DNA of 32,000 nt, taken from Candidatus Saccharimonadota bacterium. Lineage in GTDB: Bacteria; Patescibacteriota; Gracilibacteria; Absconditabacterales; Absconditicoccaceae. The position numbers and the translations under genes were made by a program. The notes under the pieces were generated by a model. It saw nothing but the letters and a program-made list of their open reading frames with translations, was not told where the DNA came from and did no database searches. Every line of letters starts with the position of its first letter. Position 1 is the stretch's first letter. Of this stretch, positions 19,125 through 28,558 are shown piece after piece. The DNA lies in assembly GCA_965231145.1 (NCBI GenBank), contig OZ246420.1:300001-332000 (forward strand), in the 5' to 3' direction.

Positions 19125-19184
19125 TTTTCAACACAATTGTTGATAAAATGATTAAAAAAGTGGTTGACATATTTCTATTGATAA
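19125..19184. promoter_or_regulatory. Cluster of degenerate DnaA-box-like 9-mers upstream of dnaA
   Basis: ttttcaaca (19125-19133), tgttgataa = rc TTATCAACA (19138-19146), tattgataa = rc TTATCAATA (19176-19184). Each is 1-2 mismatches from TTATCCACA. Confidence 0.3.
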
Positions 19185-19227
19185 ATGGTGTCTGATGCGC
19201 TATATTTAAGCTCTAAAACGAAAACAT

Positions 19228-19626
19228 ATGAAACATATATTAAAAAAACTGCCGTGGCTTATTCGTGCCATCATAGGCTTTAGCCTGTTTATGACATTTG
19301 TCTATTGTGTCCTTATATGGCCGATAGATACGTTGTGTTGGTTGTTCCTGTGGACATGGGCAACAGAACAACTATCTAAGCATCGGCAGGAGGCTATTGC
19401 TATGCTTCTTGCTTTTGTCCTTGCCATGATTCCTACGGCTATAGTAATGGGCATAATGTATGCGTGCCATGTAAATGAATTTATACAACTCATTAGCTAT
19501 TTCGTAGTGTTTCTGTACGCACTATCTGTGGTTATTGATGAGGAGCGACAAAGGCCGTACATATGGCTATGGCAAAAATGCAAAAGGTTATTCAAAAAGA
19601 AAAATTATCACATTCACATCGGATAA
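19228..19626 (+). CDS. Hypothetical multi-pass membrane protein
   Basis: 132 aa with about 4 hydrophobic segments; TAA stop. Confidence 0.55.
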   Translation: MKHILKKLPWLIRAIIGFSLFMTFVYCVLIWPIDTLCWLFLWTWATEQLSKHRQEAIAMLLAFVLAMIPTAIVMGIMYACHVNEFIQLISYFVVFLYALSVVIDEERQRPYIWLWQKCKRLFKKKNYHIHIG

Positions 19627-19638
19627 AAACATAAAACT

Positions 19639-19998
19639 ATGAATTACATCATTGATCAAACAAAATTCTTTGCCGCTATAGAGCAGGCAACTACTAATCA
19701 TGTCGCGGTAAAAGATCTGATTTCTCAAATTAAAACAGAGAATACTCAGCCAATAGATGATTCTATCAGTGTACATGAGGATAACTTAGGAATCTTATTT
19801 GATGCATCCTTCAATATCTATGTACAGCTACAAGCTCTACTTAGTAATGAAAGGGTGGTGGAAAATGTAACACAGATGAAAGACTTTTTCGCTAAGAACT
19901 CTTCAGCGACCACTGTAGCTAATTGTATGGCTTATTTGTTAGGGTACAATCAAAAAGGCATTACAGATATCATGGTAGGATTACTAACTGAAAATTAG
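19639..19998 (+). CDS. Hypothetical protein
   Basis: 119 aa, TAG stop, followed by a strong terminator. Confidence 0.5.
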   Translation: MNYIIDQTKFFAAIEQATTNHVAVKDLISQIKTENTQPIDDSISVHEDNLGILFDASFNIYVQLQALLSNERVVENVTQMKDFFAKNSSATTVANCMAYLLGYNQKGITDIMVGLLTEN

Positions 19999-20013
19999 GT
20001 TTATAATAAATAA

Positions 20014-20042
20014 AGCCCCGGGGTTCTGCCGGGGCTTTTTCT
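20014..20042 (+). terminator. Rho-independent terminator
   Basis: agccccgg-ggttctg-ccggggct followed by a T-run. Confidence 0.85.
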
Positions 20043-20056
20043 TATAAAAACATATT

Positions 20057-20082
20057 AAAAAAGGACAGGAATAATCCTGTCC
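20057..20082 (-). terminator. Rho-independent terminator of the DUF1846 transcript (GTAG-prefixed GGAC..GTCC hairpin)
   Basis: Minus strand: GTAG-GGACAGGA-ttat-TCCTGTCC-TTTTTT. Confidence 0.75.
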
Positions 20083-20097
20083 CTACGAACGGTCCTG

Positions 20098-20147
20098 CGT
20101 GAATTGCATACGGGGAGGACGTAAAATATTACGTCCCTACAATATGG
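20098..20147 (-). repeat. Conserved 3'-region element, copy A (GTAG-hairpin plus CCCCGTATGCAATTCACG)
   Basis: Plus strand: cgtgaattgcatacgggg-a-GGACGTAA-aata-TTACGTCC-ctacaatatgg. The flanks are near-identical to 24298-24348. It contains the TAG stop (20137-20139) of the DUF1846 gene. Confidence 0.75.
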
Positions 20148-21228
20148 TATTATTTTTATTTATATATTCTTCTGCTTTTGCTTTGAGCTCATCAGCTTTT
20201 GAGAGCCATTCTTCTTTGCCTTCTCATCTCGCAATGATTTCGCCGTATCGAGTTTTTCTTCTATCGATTTCGGCGATCGATGCGGTGCAGCAGTTTTCAT
20301 CATTGATTATAGCTGAGCCTGCCATGTTGATGCCCATATCAGTCGGAGACTGATATTTTCTCGTGGGGTTAGTCGCAGGAAGAAAGGTGTCTGCAAGGTT
20401 TTTCACGATATCGAAGGCTTCGACATCACGATTGTAATTGACGCTTTTTACGCCATATGCTTTCTCGTGAAACGGATCGTACATGTTGTAGTCGCCAATA
20501 TCAATCGTCGCAGCTTCATAGGCAAGATTGATCGGATGTTCGAGCGGTATGTTCCAGATAGGAAATGTCTCGTACTTTGCATAACCACTGTCTGTTCCGT
20601 GCGTAAATTCATGGTAGATTTGCCCAAGGCACGTAGACATCTTTCCGCTGTTGGACGCAGCTCCTGTTACGATAACAAGTTTTTTGCTCACAGGAATATA
20701 CTCATCTTTGCCATAGCCATTTTTGCTGAGTACCTTCGCAGTATCGTGAGGGTAGCCATCCATGAGATATCTTTTCGCGATCTCATAACCGGCAAATGCT
20801 GTCATGACTCTGAGCATCGCAACACTGTTTCTCTGGTCGTACGGAATCATATTTACCGAGATGAAAGGCTTGATACCAAGCACAGCGCCAATGCGTTCTA
20901 CAATGTTTTTGCATGAAGCCAGGTAATCAACGTCTTTATTTGTAAGCTGACGATTCTCCGTAATGTCTTTATAGTTCAAACAAAAAATAATATCTGCGTC
21001 TGAGGCGAGGAGCCCAAATATTTTCTTTTTGCTTTCCGGATCAAATCCAGGCAACACTCTGGCTGCATGTGGATCATGGAGAAATTTTCCGCCGATCTCG
21101 AGATAGAGTCTTCCTTTAAATTGATTCATCCTTTCACGAATGGCTGACGCCTGGAGCTCAATATATTTCGCTCCATCAAAACCGATTTGTTCAGGAGTAT
21201 AGCTTATTACTTCAGATGAATTTATCAT
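20137..21228 (-). CDS. DUF1846 / UPF0371 family protein
   Basis: N-terminus FDGAKYIELQASAIRERMNQFKGRLYLEIGGKFLHDPHAARVLPGFDPESKKKIF is typical of UPF0371. The nominal TGA stop at 20224-20226 is read through for 28 more codons to TAG 20137-20139. Confidence 0.7.
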
Positions 21229-21265
21229 GCCGAAAGGAGAAATGAGTAAAAGAGAAAAGCTAGAA

Positions 21266-21332
21266 GCAATTAGATGTTAGATTTTAGACGTTGGCGTTTT
21301 TTGCTATAATCTAACATCTATAATCTAATTGC
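21266..21332. repeat. TTAGATGTTAGATT palindromic element, copy 2
   Basis: gcaattagatgttagattttagacgttggcgttttttgctataatctaacatctataatctaattgc; the GCAATTAGAT / ATCTAATTGC termini are exact complements. Confidence 0.85.
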
Positions 21333-21405
21333 TGTTTAGTATTGCTGTATAATTTAGTATACGAGTTTGTTTCTTTTTTGTCAAAATGCTCAGCATGACA
21401 TCTAT

Positions 21406-21433
21406 AAAAAAATCTCTGCGTTATGCAGAGATT
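21406..21433 (-). terminator. Rho-independent terminator of the SulP gene
   Basis: Minus strand: aatctctgc-ataac-gcagagatt followed by T7. Confidence 0.8.
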
Positions 21434-21437
21434 TCTC

Positions 21438-22685
21438 TTAGTCTGTATCAGTATCAATAATTTCTTTTTTCGGACGCCACTTCTTTTGAGCAGCAAGCAT
21501 GATATAGTAAATACATATACCAACTGCGACACCGATAAGTAGATCTTCAGCGAGTATTACGACAAATGTTACCACAAATGGGATGAACTCAAGAAGACCA
21601 GCTTTGTATTTCTCAATAAATTTGCTTGGCTTTGTTAGTTGATATCATGTCAGTACGAGTACTGCTGCGAGAGCAGCCATGGGTATCATGTTCATGTATT
21701 TCGCTGCAAAGAGGATCGCAACGATCATAAGCACTCCGTGGAAAATAGTAGAAAATTTTGTCTTTGCACCTGCTGAGAGATTGACGCTACTTCTGACGAT
21801 AACTGATGTTACTGGTAAACCGCCGAGAACACCAGCTGTCATATTTCCGATACCTTGAGCAACAAGTTCACGATTGAGTGAAGTTTTACGATCTTCCGGA
21901 TCGAGCTTATCAATTGCTTGGATACAGAGAATTGATTCGATACTTGCTACGAGTGCAATAGTGATAGCGCTGATGTAGATAGCAGGATTATCGAGTCACT
22001 GGAATGATGGATGGATGACCGATGCCCATGCGCTTTGGAGTGAGTTGATATTTGTTGGTAGGTTAACAAGCTGAGATGTAATTAGTGTTCGCTCAGGGAA
22101 ATATGCTTTGTAGAGGAGAGCGATAGCGATGGCGATGATCACCGCGATGATAGATGACGGAACTACCTTTAGTTTCTTTCCTATGGATGCATTTCGGATT
22201 GTCATGATAAGGATCGAAGTGATACCGATGATAAGTGCATTGTAAGAAATGTTCGCTATGTCCCAGTGAAATGAAGACATATTGATACCGAGCATGATAG
22301 GAAGTTGCTTAATGATAAGTGTCATACCGATAGCAGCAAGCATTCCTTTAATAACAGAAACCGGGATATATTTTGAAACCTTACTTGCTTTGGTGATTCC
22401 AAGAACTACTTGTATAGCTCCAGCGATGATAAGAGCTACTAGAAATGTACCAAATCCAAGATCTCCTATGGCGGTGACGACGATAGCCACGAGTCCTGCA
22501 GCTGGTCCTGAGACGCTCAACGATGAGTCGCCAATAAGTCAAACGATGATACCCCCAATAATACCAGCAACAAGTCCACTCATGAGAGGCGCGCCACTTG
22601 CGATTGCGATACCAAGACAGAGTGGTATGGCCACTAAAAAAACCGCTATACCAGCGGGTAAATCATATTTTAGATTCTTTAACAT
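21438..22685 (-). CDS. SulP-family anion permease (about 415 aa, no C-terminal STAS domain visible)
   Basis: One frame through TGA at 22548, 21996 and 21645. [57 protein letters not shown]; [35 protein letters not shown] stop at 21438-21440. Confidence 0.8.
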
Positions 22686-22836
22686 TTTATCGTAGATAGG
22701 TGGGATAAAAAAGCACAAGATCGCCTTTATAGACTTCTCAAAACGTAATACAATCCTTTTTTGATAATTTTAAATCTTGCAATTTTGTGTAGCATATATA
22801 TATATTACGTGCTATGAACCGCAAAGCGGCTCACCA

Positions 22837-22905
22837 GTTGAAAGTTCTTAACGTTCATAAAGTTAAAACCTTTTATGGACTTTCTACTTTATAAACTTTA
22901 CAAAC
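22837..22905 (+). repeat. ATAAAGTT-word / CTACTTTATAAAC element, copy 3 (immediately upstream of the J-protein gene)
   Basis: gttgaaagttcttaacgttcataaagttaaaaccttttatggactttctactttataaactttacaaac. Confidence 0.75.
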
Positions 22906-22913
22906 AGTTATAG

Positions 22914-23849
22914 ATGTACGATTTTGATCCGCAAAAAGACTATTATAGTGTGCTTGGTGTCAGTGAAAACGCTACTGAAGACGAGATAAAAAAAGCATAT
23001 CGTAAACTCGCCATGCAGTATCATCCTGATAGAAATAAAGGAGATAAGGCTGCAGAAGAAAAGTTTAAAGAGATCAATGCTGCCAATGATGTCATCGGAG
23101 ATAATCAGAAACGCCAACAATATGATGTTGCAAGAAAAGGAGGATTTGGTTGATTTGGAGGAGGAGGCTTTGGTGGATTTCAGACAGATGGAGCAACATT
23201 TCAGTTTGGTGGAGGAGATATAGGTGATATCTTTGGAGACTTGCTTGGTGGGTTTTTCTGAGGAGGAGCATATTCTAATAGACCTCGTAAAGGAGATGAT
23301 CTGGAGCTTGTAATGCAGATCACATTTGAGCAGTCATACTTTGGTTTTGACAGAGAGATTGAGTATGCTGTGATTACTGACTACGACCCACAGACAAGGC
23401 GTGCGCATGAGGCAAATAAGTCACTTAAGGTAGAAGTGCCGGCATGAATAGTCTCAGGGCAGTATATCAAGTTTACTGGCAAAGGACATGCCGGCCGCAA
23501 TGGCTGACCTGCAGGAGATCTCTACATCAAAATTGTCGTCAAAGCGTCGTCTGTGTGGCAACGTGAAGGCGATGATATTGTTGTGCTTACTGATGTTTCT
23601 GTGTTTGATCTCGTGCTTGGAGCAGAGATTCAAGTAGAGCATCCAGATGGCAAAATTACCGTCAAGATCCCGAAAGGAACACAAGTAAATGATATCCTCA
23701 AAGTTTCAGGAAGAGGTTTTGCAAAGGCTCATCATGGAGCTATGGGAAGCAAGAAGGGCAATATGCTCGTGAAGCTTCGCGTGAACATACCAAAGAAAGT
23801 AACGAAGAAAGAAGAGACGCTCTGGAACGAACTGGCAGGTAGAGCTTAA
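22914..23849 (+). CDS. cbpA: DnaJ-class co-chaperone without zinc finger (CbpA/type II J-protein)
   Basis: J domain [35 protein letters not shown] region with TGA as Gly ([14 protein letters not shown] at 23151; GGFF-G-GGAY at 23259). GRNG-G-PAGDLY (conserved GxPGDL). No CxxCxGxG repeats. TAA stop. Confidence 0.85.
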
Positions 23850-23987
23850 AAATAATAATTCGAAATTTTAAATGTTGAATTCTACATATAATCAGGAAAA
23901 ATCATTGATGATTAAAATCTGATATATAAGTGTTAGAGAGGCGTCCTACAGGGCGTCTCTTCCTTATTATGGGGGCTTTTTTACATA

Positions 23988-24015
23988 TTGACAAACCCCT
24001 TTTGGGGATTATAAT
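23988..24015 (+). promoter_or_regulatory. Consensus sigma-70-type promoter
   Basis: TTGACA (23988-23993), a 16-nt spacer, then TATAAT (24010-24015); both hexamers are perfect. The spacer contains CCCC-tttt-GGGG. Confidence 0.7.
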
Positions 24016-24049
24016 CCCCTTATAAACACAAATTAACACACATATTGAT

Positions 24050-24181
24050 ATGAAAAACATCCTCTATAGCGGCTATGCCGTCATCCGTATGGCTCTCTGT
24101 TATACACTGGGAGATCACTGTCTGTTTCCCGTGGAACAGAGCATAAAATTACTGGGAGCGTTTATAAAAATGCGCTTCTAA
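24050..24181 (+). CDS. 43-codon ORF inside an orphan ~215-nt transcription unit (small protein or structured sRNA)
   Basis: MKNILYSGYAVIRMALCYTLGDHCLFPVEQSIKLLGAFIKMRF-TAA. No convincing SD. An internal extended hairpin (ctctgtt..cac.ggga / tccc.gtg..aacagag) sits in the same interval. Confidence 0.35.
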   Translation: MKNILYSGYAVIRMALCYTLGDHCLFPVEQSIKLLGAFIKMRF

Positions 24182-24200
24182 AGATGTGAATTTAAGGTTG

Positions 24201-24235
24201 CTTCTTCCCTGGGTTTCTGGGGAGGGAGTTTTTTT
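24201..24235 (+). terminator. Rho-independent terminator of the orphan unit
   Basis: cuucuucccu / ggggagggag stem (10 bp including 3 G-U pairs), 8-nt loop, then T7. Confidence 0.65.
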
Positions 24236-24243
24236 ATATATGG

Positions 24244-24273
24244 AAAAAAAAGAGACATCCCGCGGGACGGCTC
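24244..24273 (-). terminator. Rho-independent terminator of ruvB
   Basis: Minus strand: gagccgtcccg-cgggatgtctc (imperfect stem) followed by T8. Confidence 0.7.
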
Positions 24274-24297
24274 TTCCTTTCTCTATGAACCTATAAA

Positions 24298-24348
24298 CGT
24301 GAATTACATACGGGGCGGAAGCATTACTAATGCGTCCCTACAGGATGG
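24298..24348 (-). repeat. Conserved 3'-region element, copy B
   Basis: Plus strand: cgtgaattacatacgggg-c-GGAAGCAT-tacta-ATGCGTCC-ctacaggatgg. It lies between the ruvB stop and the ruvB terminator. Confidence 0.75.
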
Positions 24349-24352
24349 ATAT

Positions 24353-25306
24353 TTACATTTTTATCCTACCTTTTCCTGTCTTTTCTATTTTTCCTAATTT
24401 CATGAGCAGTGGCTCGATGTCGTCTTCGACAGACTTTTCAGATATGCCGAGTTTCACTGCGATAGTCTTTACTCCGACCGGAGTGCCATCACATTCATCA
24501 AGTATATCCAGGTACTTTCTATGCAATGGTGTAAGGCCGCCTTTCTCTATGTTTATCCAGCGGTCAAAATCATTCCATAGCTCTTCAAGGAAGTGAAAGA
24601 TCTTTCCGTCGTGCTTTGTATGGGAAATAAGATAATCTCTTATCTTTACAATAAAGTTATGGATTTCTCTTGGCGTTGATTCTACTTTTTCTTCGATCTT
24701 TTCGAGTATGCTATGTGCAGCTTCAATAGTATAGAGCTTCATATATCTTTTGATGATCTCAAGCTTTTCTGCTTGTGAGTAATCTTGGAAATGAAACTTA
24801 TAGACAAATCTGTTTTTGAGTGGCCCAGCGATTGATTCCATCTTTGTCGTCGCCCCAATGAGCGTAAACGCATTGATGGGAATTCTGACATTTCCACCTT
24901 CCGGCATAACCATATCGATGACAAAGTCTTCCATAGCGATATAGAGGATTTCTTCGATATTTGGCTTGAGTCTATGAATTTCATCGATGAAAAGGATGTC
25001 TCCTTGTTCGATATTATTGAGGATAGATATTAACTCAGAAGGTTTAGTGATGGCATAGCCAGTTACTATTTTGATATTTACTCATAGTTCTTTCGCAACA
25101 ATCTGTGCAAGTGTTGTTTTACCGTGTCCGCTTTCTCCTGAAAAGAGTACATGCCCCAACGGATGCTGGCGCTGTTTTGCAGAGCTGACCGCAGTATGTA
25201 AAATTCTTTTAATTTCTTCTTGTCCAACAAACTCCTTAAGTAAAGAAGGTCTTGTTCCTATCTGTGCTTCCTGCTTCGTCTCGATGCTTATCTTCTTTAT
25301 TTCCAT
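24353..25306 (-). CDS. ruvB: Holliday junction DNA helicase RuvB
   Basis: ORFs 25082-25306 and 24353-24934 share a frame, joined via TGA 25082-25084. RPSLLKEFVGQEEIK, LFSGESGHGKTTLA (Walker A), ILFIDEIHRL (Walker B), LIGATT, winged-helix C-terminus. TAA stop. Confidence 0.93.
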
Positions 25307-25330
25307 CTTTAATCTTACTTACTATTAAAA

Positions 25331-25393
25331 GCGTTTAGATTTTAGATTATAGATTTTGGTAATGCTAACATCTAAAATCCAATATCTAATTGC
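25331..25393. repeat. TTAGATGTTAGATT palindromic element, copy 3
   Basis: gcgtttagattttagattatagattttggtaatgctaacatctaaaatccaatatctaattgc. Confidence 0.8.
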
Positions 25394-25397
25394 TGGT

Positions 25398-27197
25398 TTA
25401 TTGTATATTAGATCCTGTATCCGCGTTCACAGCTCCCGTTGTTTCCAAGCTTGTGCTTGTAGTAGTTGAGTAGCCAGGCTGTAAAGGAATGAGTTCTTTT
25501 AGTATGTAGTATGGCGTAGTGCTAGCAGGTCAGAGGATATAACTTGGTTTGCCGTCACCATATGGTCTGATGGTTCCTTCAAGTACCACTGTGTCATTGA
25601 TCACAAAGTTTGCTATACCAACCTTGGTTGAACCGTCGAGTGTAAAGACGTCACCATACCAAACATACTGTTTATCGAAGTAATTACGGATAGTATTTTT
25701 TGCAATCCTGTATGTTGTTCCGAAGAGATCAATAAGGAAATAGTCGCTTGCTTGGTCTTCGAGGAGATATGAGTTCATGATGATATAACCTCTTGCTCGA
25801 TCACCAGTATTGGTGATAAGCTGCTTCGAGTTATTGATCATCGTAATAAGCTTGTTTTGCATGACATCTGAGTTGAGGCTTTGTACAAGACCATTTTTTA
25901 CTTTGAGTCTGTACATGAGTGTACTCATTTCATATCTGGTAATAGGTTTATCGAAGTTAACCGATGATGTATCACTGATGAGTCCGAGTTGCTGTGCTTT
26001 TGTGAAGTAATTTGTCCATCGTGGAGATGGAGTCTCGTCTTGTGGTTGGTCAAACATTCTCAGGAGGACTGCTATAGCTTCTGGTCTTGTGAGTGACTTT
26101 TCAGGGTTGAAATATCCATCTCATCCTTTGAGGATGTTAAGCTTACATGACTGTTGAATCCATCCGCTGAGCGATGGGTCTGCAAGACCAATGTCTGTAA
26201 ATGTACAATTGCCTGGAGATACTGCGACTTTCCCTGGGAACATGATGTTTCTATATTGTACGAGCATCTTTGCTGCTTGGGCTCTGGTAAGCACATCAAA
26301 TGGCATAAACTCTGTTGTCCCTGAGAACTTTGTGAGACCATTGTCGAACATCCATCGTACTGTTTCTTTAAACTCTACGCTGTCTGTCACACTTGCCCCT
26401 CAGCCGATAAGGCTGAGTAATGCCTCACCGCTCGTAAGGGTTGTGCTACCTGTTGTCGTAATAGTTCCAGACGTCGTTGATCAACTTGTATATGTAATAG
26501 GTTGGATAGGTTCTTCGTCGGCATAGATCTTTTTAAATCTATGGAGTATGAGTGCGAGCTCGTATCTTGAAACAGGATTTTGGAAACGACTCATCACAGT
26601 TTCTTTTGTCATCCCAAGTTCTTGTGCTTTCACAAAATAGTTCGACCACCATGGCGATGCTGTTTCATCGAGATGTCCATCACTGAACATTCTGATAAGC
26701 GCAGCACTGAGCTCTGCTTTAGTGATTGTTCTTGAAGGAGCGAATAGTCCATTTGATCCTTTGAAGATTGTGAACTGACAGGCATCGAGTATGTATGGCT
26801 TAAGGGTAGGATCAGTATTTGTAGTGTCAGTAAACTGACAGTTACTGATGTCTATTCTTTGAGGATCCTGTACGTATGTTGAGAAAAACTGTGCAAGCAT
26901 TTTCGCTGCTTGTTCTCTTGTTACCATGTTGAAAGGGCTATATGTTTCTTGTGTATTGTATTTTGTAATTTGTGTATTATACATCCGCTGGAGAGCAACA
27001 TCGAATTCAGGATCGTTGATGATCGTCTTAGTTGTAACAATTCCTGAAGTGGCAGTGTAAGTGTCTGCTATAGCAGATTGGATGATTTCTCCTATAGGTA
27101 AATTTGATACATCTGCACCAGAGGCTGAAAATGCCTGAGTACCCATCATAAAAACTCATGCGGCGATACCAAAACTCATTTTATATATAGATTTCAT
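25398..27197 (-). CDS. Secreted surface protein with repeated S-layer-homology (SLH)-like modules
   Basis: One 599-codon frame from ATG 27197 through TGA at 27158, 26481, 26121 and 25530, among others, to TAA 25398-25400. Signal peptide MKSIYKMSFGIAA-G-VFMMGTQAFSA. Repeated modules of the type FTDxxxxDPxLxxxIxxxCxxxIxKG...F.P...xTRxxxAxxL. Confidence 0.7.
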
Positions 27198-27306
27198 TTG
27201 TGCATTTTAGAGAAATATAAAATCCATATAAACCTATACAATCTGCTACAACTTGCAATAGTTTTCTCACGTTTTTTCATGGTTTTATGATATAGTATAC
27301 TACGCC

Positions 27307-27334
27307 TTGCAACCCGGGAAAGTATGACTATATT
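27307..27334 (+). promoter_or_regulatory. Candidate promoter for hrcA
   Basis: TTGCAA, 16-nt spacer, TATATT, 39 nt upstream of the hrcA ATG. Confidence 0.3.
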
Positions 27335-27372
27335 CATACTGATCTAGTTTATTCTTCTAAATACTTTTTCTG

Positions 27373-28059
27373 ATGGCTGAGGATAAACTGCTGAGCCTTT
27401 TAGGTATCGTCATAGATAATTATATCAATAAATGAGATCCGATCGGGTCGAAGTTTTTGCATACTCTTGAAACGCTTGAATATGCGCCTTCGACACTCAG
27501 AAAGTATCTCAATCTCTTAGAAAAAGAATGATTGGTTTATCAGCCCTATAACAGCTCTGGACGCATCCCAACGGTACAAGGGCTCACGCTCTATCTGGAT
27601 GAATATATGGATCATAATCCCGAAGAGGTTATCGGAGAACTTGCTTTTGATGTGAATTATGCTCGTCAGGGGCTCAGATATATTGTGGAAACCCTTGGAA
27701 AGGTGGTCGATGGAGCCGTGGTTGGCTTCCTGAAAAACGATGAATATTATTTCCTTGGTATCAATAATCTGCTTCAGAATGCACAGTTGACAGACATGGA
27801 CACGACGAAATATATTGTGCAGTATATCGAAGATAAAAAGATCGTTATGGCTATCGATAGCCAACTTCTTAAAAAAGATAAAGTCTATTATACCTTTATC
27901 CAGTCTGATGAACATATTATCTCGGCGATCTACGCAAGGATTAACGTCAACGGATATGATGGTGTTATCACCATCCTTGGTCCGACAAGGACCAATTATA
28001 AGAAAAATTTAGAAGTGATTCGTAAATTCCTGACAAAGTATAATACCATGAACGGCTAG
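27373..28059 (+). CDS. hrcA: HrcA-family heat-inducible repressor (short form, about 228 aa)
   Basis: ATG 27373 through TGA at 27433 and 27529. LLSLLGIVIDNYINK-G-DPIGSKFL...APSTLRKYLNLLEKE-G-LVYQPYNSSGRIPTVQGLTLYLD matches the HrcA winged-helix N-terminus. TAG stop. Confidence 0.75.
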
Positions 28060-28061
28060 AT

Positions 28062-28097
28062 CAATTACGAATTAGAAATCACGAGTTACGAATTAAG
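28062..28097 (+). repeat. ATTACGA-word direct repeat (related to 16431-16462)
   Basis: aattacgaattagaaatcacgagttacgaattaag. Confidence 0.4.
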
Positions 28098-28130
28098 TAT
28101 TGCATATTTTATTTCCTTTCTTACCTAACA

Positions 28131-28553
28131 ATGATCGAGGAGTTACCAGGAGAAGAGGAGAACAATAATGGAGAGAGTAAAGAGCAGAGAGGAGAATGAA
28201 GGGTGGAGAAATGAGATGGTAATGAGACGGAAAAAGATCTCGATGCATTGAACGCGTCAGTGTTGCTATCGAAGGAAGATGCTGATCGTCAAAATGCAGA
28301 GAAGCAGGAAAGACAAGAAAGCAAAGAAGATATAGATGCATTGCATCATCAGATAGAAAACAATCCAAAATCCAAGATCCAAAATCCAGAATTACATAAG
28401 CAGAAATTAGGGGCAGCGAACTATGAACAGATGACAGAAGAAGAAATTGAAAACAGAGCAAATGAGGGTAGAAGAGAGTCAGTTACTACTGTGCAAAATA
28501 TGGTGCATAATAGTTCTGTTATTCCAAATTGGCTGAAGAAGATGACAAATTAA
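28131..28553 (+). CDS. Hypothetical highly charged (Glu/Lys-rich) protein
   Basis: ATG 28131 through TGA at 28197 and 28212, joining the 28248-28553 ORF. It sits where grpE often follows hrcA, but no GrpE motif is recognised. Confidence 0.5.
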
Positions 28554-28558
28554 TAATA

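Noticed and set aside
19164-19192. TTGACA at 19164 as a promoter for the 19228 gene
   Set aside because: There is no acceptable -10 hexamer at 16-18 nt spacing.
22770-22830. CIRCE-like operator upstream of the J-protein gene (gtgtagcatatatatatattacgtgctatg)
   Set aside because: Only TAGCA/TGCTA half-matches are present; the arms do not reproduce TTAGCACTC/GAGTGCTAA.
20098-24348. The 4.2-kb segment between the two ~50-nt direct repeats as a mobile island or IS200/IS605-type element
   Set aside because: The interior encodes only DUF1846, SulP, a J-protein and the small orphan unit, with no transposase or integrase. Each repeat is better explained as a 3'-UTR element of its own upstream gene.
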